A stretch of 64,000 nucleotides of DNA from an uncultured Gemmatimonadota bacterium (GTDB taxonomy: Bacteria; Gemmatimonadota; Gemmatimonadetes; Gemmatimonadales; Gemmatimonadaceae): NCBI GenBank assembly GCA_903910555.1, contig CAIVZZ010000018.1, positions 31,363-95,362 of the forward strand. Reading direction: 5' to 3'. The translations under genes were made by a program, and so were the position numbers. Of this stretch, positions 16,858 through 26,555 are shown in pieces. Numbering within the stretch: the first letter of the stretch is position 1; each line of letters starts with the position of its first letter. Under the pieces are notes generated by a model that worked only from the letters and a program-made list of their open reading frames with translations, made no database searches and had not been told where the DNA came from.

Positions 16858-18548
16858 AAAAATACCGGTTCGCGATAGGCCCCAAAGACGCTCTCGAGCG
16901 CCGCGCGAATCTCGTACAGCGTGCAGTACGAACGCGCACACTCCAGAATGAACGGCACGACGTTCGTCTTGCTTGCGGCAGCCTCTCGCAAGGCCGCGAT
17001 ATTCTTCTCGCAGAGCGCGTTGTCGCGTGTGGTGCGCAGCTTGGCGAGTGCGGCCGCCTGATCTTTCGCAGCCTGCTCGTCGATCTTCAGCAGCGGAATC
17101 GAGAGCGCGTCCTCTTCGGTCACGAAGTCGTTCACGCCGACGATCAGCCGGCGGTGCTGCTCGATCTCCCACTGCTGGCGTGCGGCGGCTTCGGCGATCT
17201 TGCGCTGGAACCACCCCGTCTCAAGTCCGCGCACCACACCGTTCTGCTCCTCGATCTCGACGAACATCGCCTCGGCTTCCTGCTCCAGCCTGTCGGTCAA
17301 GTGCTCGACATAGTACGACCCGCCGAGCGGATCGATCACGTTCGGCACGCCGCTCTCGAACGCGAGCACCTGCTGCGTGCGCAGCGCGACCTGCACCGCG
17401 TGCTCCGTCGGCAGCGCGAGCGTTTCGTCCATGGAGTTCGTGTGCAGCGACTGCGTTCCGCCGAGCACCGCCGCCATCGCCTGATACGCGACGCGGACGA
17501 TGTTGTTCATGGGCTGCTGGGCGGTGAGCGTCACACCCGCCGTCTGCGAGTGAAAGCGCATCATCCACGACTTCGGATCTTTCGCGCCGTACCGTTCTTT
17601 CAAATGGCGCGCCCAGATGCGGCGCGCCGCGCGGAGCTTGGCGATCTCTTCGAAGAAATCGTTGTGGATGTCCCAGAAGAATGAGAGTCGCGGTGCGAAG
17701 TCGTCGACTTTCAATCCGCGTGCGATGCCGCGCTCGACATAGGTGAAGCCGTCGGCCAGCGTGAATGCGAGTTCCTGCGCCGCGGTCGAGCCGGCTTCGC
17801 GAATGTGGTAACCCGAAATGGAAATCGTATTCCACTGCGGCGCGTGCGTGGACCCCCACTCGAACATGTCGACGATCAGACGCAGTGCGGGCTCGATTGG
17901 GAAGCACCAGGCATGCTGCGCCATGTACTCTTTCAGGATGTCGTTCTGCACCGTGCCGCGGAGTTTTTCCGCGCTGACGCCCTGCTTTTCAGCTGCAGCT
18001 ATATAGAAGCACCATAGGATGATCGCGGGGCCGTTGATCGTCATCGATGTCGAGACGTCGCCGAGCGGAATTCCTTCGAACAGCGTTTCCATGTCGGCAA
18101 GCGAACTGATCGCGACGCCGCACTTCCCCACTTCGCCTTCCGAGCGCACATGATCGGAGTCGTATCCCATCAGCGTCGGAAAATCGAACGCGACGGAGAG
18201 GCCGGTCGTGCCGTGCGCGAGCAGGAATTTGTAGCGCTCGTTTGTTTCTTTGGCGGACCCGAAGCCGGCGAACTGACGCATCGTCCAGAGGCGGCCGCGA
18301 TATCCGGTCGCGTGAATGCCGCGGGTGAACGGATAGGTGCCCGGCATTTCGAAGGCCGTGCCGGCCGATCCTTCGAGATCCATGGCCGAGTAGAGCGGAG
18401 CGATCTCGCCGGCGGAGTTCGTGAAGGCGATGTCGCGCTTGGGCGATTTATCGAACGCTTTACGCCAGCCGGCAACTTCAAGGCGGAGCCGGTCGAGCTC
18501 CTCCTGCATTTGCGCGAGTGTGGCGTCTACGTCGCTTATTCCCGTCAT
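16854..18548 (-). CDS. acyl-CoA (methylmalonyl/isobutyryl-CoA-type) mutase large catalytic subunit
   Basis: 564 aa. YPFTRGIH, WTMRQFAGFG, GLSVAFD and TQSLHTNS.DE motifs of the MCM catalytic TIM-barrel domain. It has no B12 domain. Confidence 0.9.
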   Translation of the reverse strand: MTGISDVDATLAQMQEELDRLRLEVAGWRKAFDKSPKRDIAFTNSAGEIAPLYSAMDLEGSAGTAFEMPGTYPFTRGIHATGYRGRLWTMRQFAGFGSAKETNERYKFLLAHGTTGLSVAFDFPTLMGYDSDHVRSEGEVGKCGVAISSLADMETLFEGIPLGDVSTSMTINGPAIILWCFYIAAAEKQGVSAEKLRGTVQNDILKEYMAQHAWCFPIEPALRLIVDMFEWGSTHAPQWNTISISGYHIREAGSTAAQELAFTLADGFTYVERGIARGLKVDDFAPRLSFFWDIHNDFFEEIAKLRAARRIWARHLKERYGAKDPKSWMMRFHSQTAGVTLTAQQPMNNIVRVAYQAMAAVLGGTQSLHTNSMDETLALPTEHAVQVALRTQQVLAFESGVPNVIDPLGGSYYVEHLTDRLEQEAEAMFVEIEEQNGVVRGLETGWFQRKIAEAAARQQWEIEQHRRLIVGVNDFVTEEDALSIPLLKIDEQAAKDQAAALAKLRTTRDNALCEKNIAALREAAASKTNVVPFILECARSYCTLYEIRAALESVFGAYREPVFF

Positions 18549-19645
18549 AGCTTTTTCGCTCCAGCGAGGAGTTCGGTGCTGCGCGCCAGCAGGGCGTCAG
18601 CAACGGCATACGGCGTAGTCGCGCCGGATTCTAGCTCCGGAATCCGTTCGTCAATCCATGCGGCGGTTGCGGCATCGGTCCAGAGCCGGCGACGCACCCG
18701 CTGTTCCGCAACATCAACCACACGTTCACGAAGCCGTGCACGGCGCCTCGATGTGAGCGAACCGCTCCTCTCAAGATAGCCAAAATGCCGGTCGAGGGCG
18801 GTCAATAGCTCCGGCACCCCCTCTCCTGTCGTTCCCACACAGCGCAGAACTGACGGCGTCCACTTTGCCTCGTCATCACTCTTGGCGAGCGCGCGCGCCG
18901 CCTTGGCCGGATTCATCGCCGCTTTGAAATCGACGCCGTGATGACCGCTCGCGTCACCGGTCACGGCGCCGCTGCGCAGACCGAGCATCAACTCGAGGTC
19001 GTTGCGCAGCCGATCCGCACCGGGGCGGTCGGCCTTGTTCACCACGAACAAATCGGCGATCTCCATCAGTCCCGCCTTCAGCGTCTGTATCGAATCACCC
19101 GATTCCGGTGTGAGCACCACGACGCTCGAGTCGACCGTGCGCGCGATGTCGAGTTCACTCTGCCCCACGCCGACGGTCTCAACAATGATCCGGTCGACGC
19201 CAAACGCGTCGAGCACATCGCAGACTTCACGCGTCGCCGCGGCCAGGCCGCCGAGCGAGCCGCGTGTTGCCATCGACCGGATGAACACACCCGGATCGAG
19301 CGCGACCGATTCCATGCGCACACGATCGCCGAGCAGCGCGCCGCCGGTGAATGGCGAGGTCGGATCAACCGCGATGATGCCGACCGTCAATCCCGCTTTG
19401 CGAAGCTCCGCCGCCAGGAGAGTCGTGAGCGTGCTCTTCCCTGCACCCGGCGGACCGGTGATGCCGATGCGATGCGCGCGTCCGATGTGTGGATGCATCG
19501 CGGCGAGGAGGAGGTCGCTCCCGTCGCGCTGATTCTCGACGATGCTCACGGCGCGAGCGAGCGCGGCCTTTCTTCCGGCTGCAAAATCCGCGCTCAGCGC
19601 GCGCAGGCCAACGGACGCGGAAGCTGGAAGCTCGAGTGCGCTCAC
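18545..19645 (-). CDS. meaB: methylmalonyl-CoA mutase-associated G-protein chaperone (MeaB/ArgK)
   Basis: 366 aa. P-loop GITGPPGAGKST, VETVGVGQSE and VNKAD. Confidence 0.9.
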   Translation of the reverse strand: MSALELPASASVGLRALSADFAAGRKAALARAVSIVENQRDGSDLLLAAMHPHIGRAHRIGITGPPGAGKSTLTTLLAAELRKAGLTVGIIAVDPTSPFTGGALLGDRVRMESVALDPGVFIRSMATRGSLGGLAAATREVCDVLDAFGVDRIIVETVGVGQSELDIARTVDSSVVVLTPESGDSIQTLKAGLMEIADLFVVNKADRPGADRLRNDLELMLGLRSGAVTGDASGHHGVDFKAAMNPAKAARALAKSDDEAKWTPSVLRCVGTTGEGVPELLTALDRHFGYLERSGSLTSRRRARLRERVVDVAEQRVRRRLWTDAATAAWIDERIPELESGATTPYAVADALLARSTELLAGAKKL

Positions 19646-19663
19646 GGTGTGTTCATCATGTTT

Positions 19664-20620
19664 TTACGGCGTCGCCGCGTGTGGTTCGTCGTGCTCGTCG
19701 CTGATGTCGCCGACGAGTTCTTCGACAAGATCTTCGAGCGTCACCACCCCAAGCGTGTCGCCCGCGACTCCCTGAATGATCGCGAGGTGAACGTGTTCGC
19801 GCAGCATGCTTCGCATCAGTTCGTGGCACGGCGTTGCCGCGCGCACGAGAGCGACGCGTCGCAGCGATGCCACGGGCGTTTCGGGATGCGCGAGCACGTC
19901 GAACGAATGCACGAGCCCCGCGACGTGGTCGAGATCGCGATCGTACACCGGAATGCGGCTGTATTTCGACTGCGATACGATGCGCGCAATCTCGACGGCG
20001 GGCATCGAGCGCTCGACGGCGATGATATCCTCGCGCAGCGTCATCACTTCGAGTGCGAGCTTCTCGCCGAACTCGACGACGCCGCTGATGATCGCGCTCT
20101 CTGATGCTTCGCCCACGCCGGCAAGTTCACCCTCGCGCAGGAGGTCTTCGAGTGCTTCGCGATCGTCTTCGGCTTCTGTGAGCGGCGCGCGCGGCGCCCT
20201 CGCGAACAGGTTCGCGAACGCAAACAGCGGCGTGCATATCCACGTGAGCACGCGCAGCACCGGCATCAAGAACGGGACGAGCGGCGCCGGCCACCGCCGC
20301 GCGACCGCGCGCGGCACGAGCTGACCGACGATCATCAGCGTGATGAGTGCCACGACGATCTCCTCAAGCGCGCCGGCCGGCGATTCGCGGAGTCCGATCA
20401 CCGCGCCCGTCGCGAAGACTGCCGCGGCCACGCCGGTTCCTGCGGAGAAAAGCCAGCGCTGAGGACTGTCGAGAAACAATTCCGCCGCCGCCGAACCCGC
20501 GAACTTCTGCTCGACCCAATGGCGCAGCCAGATACGACTGACACACCGCACAGCCGTCGCGGCTGCGGTCAGCCACGCGACGACCAGGGCGAGCAGGACG
20601 ATCGATGCGTACGTGGTCAC
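19664..20620 (-). CDS. CNNM/DUF21 transmembrane domain protein with a CBS pair (no CorC_HlyC domain)
   Basis: 318 aa. N-terminal 4-TM DUF21-like region followed by a CBS-type region (VMTLREDIIAV ... VVTLEDLVEELVGDI). Confidence 0.75.
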   Translation of the reverse strand: MTTYASIVLLALVVAWLTAAATAVRCVSRIWLRHWVEQKFAGSAAAELFLDSPQRWLFSAGTGVAAAVFATGAVIGLRESPAGALEEIVVALITLMIVGQLVPRAVARRWPAPLVPFLMPVLRVLTWICTPLFAFANLFARAPRAPLTEAEDDREALEDLLREGELAGVGEASESAIISGVVEFGEKLALEVMTLREDIIAVERSMPAVEIARIVSQSKYSRIPVYDRDLDHVAGLVHSFDVLAHPETPVASLRRVALVRAATPCHELMRSMLREHVHLAIIQGVAGDTLGVVTLEDLVEELVGDISDEHDEPHAATP

Positions 20621-21858
20621 GGCGCACCTTCGGCGGCGGCGTGCAGCCGCTCGAGATACACGCGCTCGACGCGCCGTCGTACGACCCGCTCGACGACGAG
20701 TTTGAAGTTGCCGACCACAAGCGCCTCGCCCGCGCGCGGTACGCGGCCGACCAGCTCGTACACGAGGCCGCCAATGGTCTGGACGTCGTCATGCGTGAAG
20801 TCCTGACCCGTCAACTCACTGAGATCTTCCAGCGATACGCGCGCGGAGACCCAGAACTTATCGTCGTCTTCGCGCTCGATCTCGGGTTCCTCGACGTCGT
20901 TCTCGTCGCGGATCTCGCCGACGATCAACTCGAGCGCGTCTTCGAGCGTCACGAGTCCCGCCGTTCCGCCGTATTCGTCGACGACGATCGCGATATGCCG
21001 GTGGCTCACTTTGAAATCGCGCAGCTGTGCGTCCACATGTTTGGCAGCCGGGATAAACGTTCCCGGACGCACGAGCGACAACCACCCGGCCGATGGCTCG
21101 GTGTCCGCAATCACCGCGGGGAGCAAGTCTTTCGCGTAGAGAATCCCGACGACTTCATCGAGCGTACCGTCGAACACCACCAGGCGCGCATGCCGCGCGC
21201 TCCGCACCCGGTCGACAACCTCCGACCAGGTCGTTTCGCGATCGATTCCGACGATGTCCACCCGCGGCACCATGATTTCCTGCACCGCCGTATGGCCGAG
21301 CGAGAAAACGCCGCGCAGCAGAACCGCCTCGTCGCGCGTGACATCGGCCTCGGCCTCGACCACTTCGCGGAACTGTTCCAGTGTGGCTTCGCGGGCTTCT
21401 TCATCGGGCGGCGCGGACGGCATGAGGTGATGCACGAGCGCATCGCACCAGGTTCCGAACGCGACCACCGGCCGCATGATCCACTCGATCCCGCCGATGA
21501 ACTGCGCGAGGGATCGAACCGCGTCCACACCACGCGAATCGCCGGACGTCCTCGCCACGCTCTCCGCGACGACAACAATCACGAAGCCCGCAGCGAGCAT
21601 GACCGGTCCGATCTCCCGTGGCGGCAGCCCGCTCATCACCAGTGCGGCGGCCGTGAACACCCCCGCGAGCAATTGCGTGACGATCCGGCCGAACGCGAGC
21701 GCGCGATGCGCGGATTCGCGGCGGGCGATGAGCGCGCCGACACGCGGCGACGGAGCCGTTGCGTCCTCATCAACGCAGAGCAGCGCGCCGTCAGCGAACG
21801 CGCAGAGTGCTGCAATCGCGGCTGCCAGCGTTGCGAGCAGTGCGGCAACGAAGGTCAC
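20617..21858 (-). CDS. hemolysin-family / CorC-type protein (DUF21, CBS pair, CorC_HlyC)
   Basis: IMVPRVDIV, GLVTLEDALELIVGEIRDE and a C-terminal transporter-associated domain. The GTG at 21858 gives a GTGA overlap with the ybeY stop. The track start at 21939 overlaps ybeY by 85 nt. Confidence 0.8.
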   Translation of the reverse strand: MTFVAALLATLAAAIAALCAFADGALLCVDEDATAPSPRVGALIARRESAHRALAFGRIVTQLLAGVFTAAALVMSGLPPREIGPVMLAAGFVIVVVAESVARTSGDSRGVDAVRSLAQFIGGIEWIMRPVVAFGTWCDALVHHLMPSAPPDEEAREATLEQFREVVEAEADVTRDEAVLLRGVFSLGHTAVQEIMVPRVDIVGIDRETTWSEVVDRVRSARHARLVVFDGTLDEVVGILYAKDLLPAVIADTEPSAGWLSLVRPGTFIPAAKHVDAQLRDFKVSHRHIAIVVDEYGGTAGLVTLEDALELIVGEIRDENDVEEPEIEREDDDKFWVSARVSLEDLSELTGQDFTHDDVQTIGGLVYELVGRVPRAGEALVVGNFKLVVERVVRRRVERVYLERLHAAAEGAP

Positions 21859-22334
21859 TTCGGCGGCCCTTTGGCCTGGCGTTTGGACTTTGCTCCGGAT
21901 CGCATCGCGCGCTTGAGCAGCACTTCCTGACGCCGCCACATCGGCGATTCAAATCGCGCCTCACCTTCCGGATGGTCGTGGCCGAGCGCGTGCAGGATGC
22001 CGTGCACGACAAGCCGCATGAGTTCTTCGCGGAATCCCACGCCATGCCGCCGTGCGTTCTCTCGCGCGACCGTCGGCGCGATATAAATATCCGCGACCAC
22101 AGGGCCGCCCCGTTCGCGCACGAAGCCGAACGAAATCACATCCGTCGGACCGCGATGCTTCAGGTGCTCTGCGTTGATGGCGGCAATGCGCGGAGAGGTC
22201 ACGAGCGTGATCGAGATCAGGGCATGCGCGACCTTCTCGCCGCGCAGCACGTTGCGTGCGACCTCGGCCAGCGTGGCAGCGGCCACCGGCGACGTCACGC
22301 CCTCCCTCGATAACGCGACGACGAGCGAGTTCAC
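21855..22334 (-). CDS. ybeY: rRNA maturation endoribonuclease YbeY
   Basis: 159 aa. Zinc motif HGILHALGHDH. Confidence 0.9.
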   Translation of the reverse strand: MNSLVVALSREGVTSPVAAATLAEVARNVLRGEKVAHALISITLVTSPRIAAINAEHLKHRGPTDVISFGFVRERGGPVVADIYIAPTVARENARRHGVGFREELMRLVVHGILHALGHDHPEGEARFESPMWRRQEVLLKRAMRSGAKSKRQAKGPPK

Positions 22335-23302
22335 CCCGCCGCCTCTGCCTCTGCCGTGTACGCCCTGATGATGTCGCGCACCAAACGGTGACGGACGACG
22401 TCAGCTTCCTGGAAGTAGTGAAACGCAATTCCCTCGATGCCGGGCAGTATCCGCTCGATCTGCACGAGGCCGCTCTCTTCACGCTTCGGAAGATCGATCT
22501 GCGTTTTGTCGCCGGTGATGACGGCGCGCGAGTTCACGCCGAGGCGCGTGAGAAACATCTTCATTTGAAGTGCCGTCGCGTTTTGCGCTTCGTCCAGAAT
22601 CACGAACGCGTCGGAGAGCGTCCGGCCGCGCATGTATGCGAGCGGTGCGATCTCGATCACGCGCGTCTCGAGCGACTTCACCACGCGTTCCGCGGGCATC
22701 ATGTCTTCGAGCGCGTCGTACAGCGGACGCAGATACGGGTCGACCTTCGCCTGCATGTCGCCCGGCAAAAATCCGAGTGACTCGCCGGCTTCTACCGCAG
22801 GCCGGGCCAGCACGATGCGCTTCACACGTTTGCGCGAGAGCGCGTCGACGGCGGCGGCCACGGCGAGATACGTCTTTCCCGTGCCGGCCGGACCGATGCC
22901 GACGACGATGTCGTTGTCGGCGATCGCCTGCAGATACTCCGCCTGCCCCGAGGTCTTCGGCTGGATGATTTTTCGCACGCCCGGCAGCACGATGCGATCA
23001 CCGGTGCTGATGTCGCGGCCGTGCTCCATCGACATACGCAGCACGTCATCGGGCTCGAGCGGCGCGCGCTGCTTTGCGGCATCAATCATTCGCTGCGCGA
23101 CGACAGCGGCCTTTTGTACTGCATCGGCGGTGCCCGTGATCGCCATCGCATCCCCGCGCAGTGTGACGCGCACCGGATACAGTTTCTGCAGCTCGGTAAG
23201 GTTTCCGTCTGCAACTCCCGCGAGCGTGAGCAGATCCGCGCCTTCCGTTGAAAGACGGGTGGTGACGGATTCGGTCGTCGACATCGTACCGTCTGCCATC
23301 AC
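22331..23302 (-). CDS. phoH: PhoH-family ATPase
   Basis: 323 aa. Walker A GPAGTGKTYLA and FVILDEAQN. Conserved phoH-ybeY-corC neighbourhood. Confidence 0.9.
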   Translation of the reverse strand: MMADGTMSTTESVTTRLSTEGADLLTLAGVADGNLTELQKLYPVRVTLRGDAMAITGTADAVQKAAVVAQRMIDAAKQRAPLEPDDVLRMSMEHGRDISTGDRIVLPGVRKIIQPKTSGQAEYLQAIADNDIVVGIGPAGTGKTYLAVAAAVDALSRKRVKRIVLARPAVEAGESLGFLPGDMQAKVDPYLRPLYDALEDMMPAERVVKSLETRVIEIAPLAYMRGRTLSDAFVILDEAQNATALQMKMFLTRLGVNSRAVITGDKTQIDLPKREESGLVQIERILPGIEGIAFHYFQEADVVRHRLVRDIIRAYTAEAEAAG

Positions 23303-25095
23303 GCGCTCTCCGGCCGCAGATGCAGTGCGCGCATTTCATCTGCCGACACCTGCGTCGGCGCACCTTCAAACAGCGCGCGTGCCGTTGTCGTTTTTGGAAA
23401 CGCGATCACATCGCGCAATGATGTCGCGCCGGAAAGGAGCATGGCGATGCGATCGACGCCGAACGCAATGCCTCCGTGCGGCGGCGCACCCGCGCGCAAT
23501 CCTTCGAGCAAGAATCCGAAACGGCGCTCCTGCTCATCCCGATCGCCAATGCCAAGCAATGCGAACATTCGTGACTGAGTCGCGTAGTCGTGCGTACGGA
23601 TGCTCCCGCCGCCGAGCTCGAGGCCGTTGAGCACGATGTCGTACGCGAGCGCGCGCCAACGATGCGGCTCGTCTGGAAAGGCCGTCATGTCGGCCGGGTT
23701 CGGCGCGGTGAACGGATGGTGCACGGCGCCGAGCGCTCCGGATTCCGGATCGCGATCGAACATCGGGAAATCGGTGACGATCAAGAAACGCCGCGCGGTC
23801 TCGTCGACGAGCCCAAGTCGAATCGCACATTCCTGCCGGACGCGATCCAGAGCCGGGCTCGTGATCCGGTCTGCGCCGGCAACAAAAAGCGCGAGGCTGC
23901 CTTCTTCGAGCGCGAGCGAGCTCTGCGCTTCCGGCGTCAGGAACTTCGCAATCGGACCGTCGTATTTCCCTTCTGCCTTCTTCACGCGGAGCAGCCCGAG
24001 CGCGCCGGCACCCTTCGCGATCGCCTCGAGTTCATCGACTTGCTTCCGGCTCCACGTGGACGCGCCCGGCACGACGATGCCGCGCACCCGGCCACCCGCG
24101 GCGAGCGCCGACTGTGTGATGCCGAATTCGATCCCGCGGAACGTCTCGGTGTAGTCCTTAATCTCCAATCCGTAGCGCAGGTCGGGACGGTCGCAGCCGT
24201 ACTTCTCCATCGCGACTTGATACGTCATCCGCTCGAAGTGAGCAGGAATCTCGTGCCCCGCCTCACGCCAGAGCGCGCCGATCAGCCCTTGGGCGAGCGC
24301 GAGAATGTCATCACTGCGCACGAACGACGCTTCGATGTCGATCTGCGTGAACTCGGGTTGACGGTCGGCGCGGAGATCTTCATCGCGAAAGCAGCGCGCG
24401 ATTTGGAAATACCGATCGAAGCCGCTCACCATAAACAGCTGTTTGTATATCTGCGGCGACTGCGGCAGCGCGTAAAACTCGCCGGGATGCACGCGGCTTG
24501 GCACGAGATAATCGCGCGCGCCTTCCGGCGTTGGCTTCGTGAGAATCGGCGTCTCGAGTTCGAGATAGCCGCGCTCACTCAAGTGCCGGCGTGTCACCTG
24601 CATCAGGCGATGGCGCAGGATCAAGCTCTGCTGGAGTTCGGGCCTGCGCAGATCGAGATAGCGGTGGCGCAGGCGCAGCTCTTCGGACGGAAGTTTCTCT
24701 CCCTTTCCGCGCGCCACTGGAAGGGCCGGCGTCTCCGCGGGACCGACGACTTCGATCACCGTCGCGCGCACCTCGACATCGCCGCTCCCCATTTCCGAGT
24801 TGCGGGTCTCGCCTGTGCGTGCCACGACCATCCCCTCGATCATCACGACGCTCTCTACGCCAACCGCCGCGGCCTGCGCGATGCACTCAGCCGTCGACCA
24901 ATCCGTGCCGAACGACACCTGCACGATTCCCTCGCGGTCACGGAGATCGATAAAGACAATTCCGCCGAGGTTTCTCGAACGATGCACCCAGCCGCCGAGG
25001 CGGACCTTCGTGCCCGCATCGGCAACGCGGAGCGAGCCCGCGAGGTGAGAGCGCAGTGATGTGGTGAACGGCGACGTGCTGTGTGGAACGGTCAC
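23299..25095 (-). CDS. aspS: aspartate--tRNA ligase
   Basis: 598 aa. OB-fold N-terminus, class II motifs FRDEDLRADRQPEFTQID and GGGSIR, and the GAD insertion. Confidence 0.95.
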   Translation of the reverse strand: MTVPHSTSPFTTSLRSHLAGSLRVADAGTKVRLGGWVHRSRNLGGIVFIDLRDREGIVQVSFGTDWSTAECIAQAAAVGVESVVMIEGMVVARTGETRNSEMGSGDVEVRATVIEVVGPAETPALPVARGKGEKLPSEELRLRHRYLDLRRPELQQSLILRHRLMQVTRRHLSERGYLELETPILTKPTPEGARDYLVPSRVHPGEFYALPQSPQIYKQLFMVSGFDRYFQIARCFRDEDLRADRQPEFTQIDIEASFVRSDDILALAQGLIGALWREAGHEIPAHFERMTYQVAMEKYGCDRPDLRYGLEIKDYTETFRGIEFGITQSALAAGGRVRGIVVPGASTWSRKQVDELEAIAKGAGALGLLRVKKAEGKYDGPIAKFLTPEAQSSLALEEGSLALFVAGADRITSPALDRVRQECAIRLGLVDETARRFLIVTDFPMFDRDPESGALGAVHHPFTAPNPADMTAFPDEPHRWRALAYDIVLNGLELGGGSIRTHDYATQSRMFALLGIGDRDEQERRFGFLLEGLRAGAPPHGGIAFGVDRIAMLLSGATSLRDVIAFPKTTTARALFEGAPTQVSADEMRALHLRPESA

Positions 25096-25538
25096 GATGA
25101 GGCCTCAGACGAATGGATCACGTGCATGAAATCAGCTGGCGACGACGAGGCCAAAAGCGCCTCGCGCGATTCGGGGTTGTGCATGAGTCGCGCGATGCGC
25201 GACAGGAGCTTTACGTGCTGAGCGCTCGCCACCGACGGGGTGAGCACGAGAAACGCGACTTGAACCGGTGAATCATCGAGCGCGATATAGTCGGGTACAT
25301 CGCGGACGATCCCCGCCGCGAGGCACACTTCGGGAACGAGATCTGTGCGGCCGTGCGGAACGGCCAATCCTCCGCCAAGCGCCGTGCTCACCTGCGCTTC
25401 GCGCGCTTCCACGGCGTCGAAAATGCCGGTCACGACGCTTTCGTCAGCGTTGCCGATGGCGAGACGAACGAGTTCGCGCAGAAGACCGGCTTTGGAGTGG
25501 CTGCCGAGCGGAACGCGTATACGTTCCGTTGAAAGCAA
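25092..25538 (-). CDS. PTS EIIA(Ntr)-type (PtsN-like) regulatory protein
   Basis: 148 aa. Phosphorylatable His context GGGLAVPHGR. Confidence 0.75.
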   Translation of the reverse strand: MLSTERIRVPLGSHSKAGLLRELVRLAIGNADESVVTGIFDAVEAREAQVSTALGGGLAVPHGRTDLVPEVCLAAGIVRDVPDYIALDDSPVQVAFLVLTPSVASAQHVKLLSRIARLMHNPESREALLASSSPADFMHVIHSSEASS

Positions 25539-25658
25539 CTCGCTGAGCAGCAGAAAGAACTCCGGTGATGTGAAAGTGAGTTAAATATAAGCAGGACAGG
25601 CACTTGGTGGTAGTCGAAAGGGTTGCCCAAGCTACTGTAGACCAGCTAAGTTAAGTCA

Positions 25659-26555
25659 ATGCGGCGTATAGTGTTCACTCTTCTGACCGTCAGCCCTCTG
25701 GCCGCATGGGCGCAGTCCGGTGAAATCCCCGGACGCGACCTCCTTTCGTTCCCGATCGGCCTGTCCGCCGAGGCCGCGGCGCTCGGTACCACGGCAGGTT
25801 CGGGACTGTGGAATCCGGCGACGGCTCTCTTACCGGATGGGTTCAACTGGCGTCTGTCGGTTGCTGCGATGAACGCACCGTCCGACATCGCAGTTTCCGC
25901 GCAGCTGTTCTCGATCACCGGCCAATGGCGTGGCACGACTCTGGGGCTGAGTGTCACACGAGCGTCGGTGTCGAACATTCTCCGAACCGATACGGACCCG
26001 GAGAGCATTGGTGATCCCGTACCGTACGGGACAACGCTCGTTTCGCTCGTAGCGGCACGACGCCTCACGCCGCATTTGACTGTTGGGTTTGCCGTCCGCC
26101 AGCGCAGCGGATCGCTCGACGACGTGAGCAAGAGCGGCTTCTCGGCCGATTTTGGTGTGCTCGCCGAACAGCTCACTCCGTTTGATCTGCGAATAGGCGC
26201 GTCGAGTTTCCTTCTGACTCCCGGTGGCGCGGCGAGCGAGCGTGCGAGCTGGCTGTTCGGCCTCGACGGACGCGTGATCGGCGCTGATAGCACGCACAGT
26301 GTTCGCGTCGGCTACTCGCTGCAGGTCGCGCAGAGTTTGTTCACCGAGCACTACGTTTTTGCGAGCGCGCGCTGGGCGGGACTGGAAGTGCGCGGCGGTC
26401 CGGTGCAAACCGACATCTTTGGCAGCGCGAACCTGCGCATGCGTCTCGGGATTATTCTGCACTACGGCGGATACAACATCGGCGTCGCGCGCGAAGATGG
26501 CGTGAACGGCCTCGCCCCAACCTACCAGTTTTCGCTGACGTCGCTGCTGAAATGA
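25659..26555 (+). CDS. secreted hypothetical protein, probable outer-membrane beta-barrel
   Basis: 298 aa. Signal peptide MRRIVFTLLTVSPLAAWAQS, alternating beta-strand pattern, ends with an aromatic-rich YQFSLTSLLK. ATGA coupling to rlmN. Confidence 0.55.
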   Translation: MRRIVFTLLTVSPLAAWAQSGEIPGRDLLSFPIGLSAEAAALGTTAGSGLWNPATALLPDGFNWRLSVAAMNAPSDIAVSAQLFSITGQWRGTTLGLSVTRASVSNILRTDTDPESIGDPVPYGTTLVSLVAARRLTPHLTVGFAVRQRSGSLDDVSKSGFSADFGVLAEQLTPFDLRIGASSFLLTPGGAASERASWLFGLDGRVIGADSTHSVRVGYSLQVAQSLFTEHYVFASARWAGLEVRGGPVQTDIFGSANLRMRLGIILHYGGYNIGVAREDGVNGLAPTYQFSLTSLLK

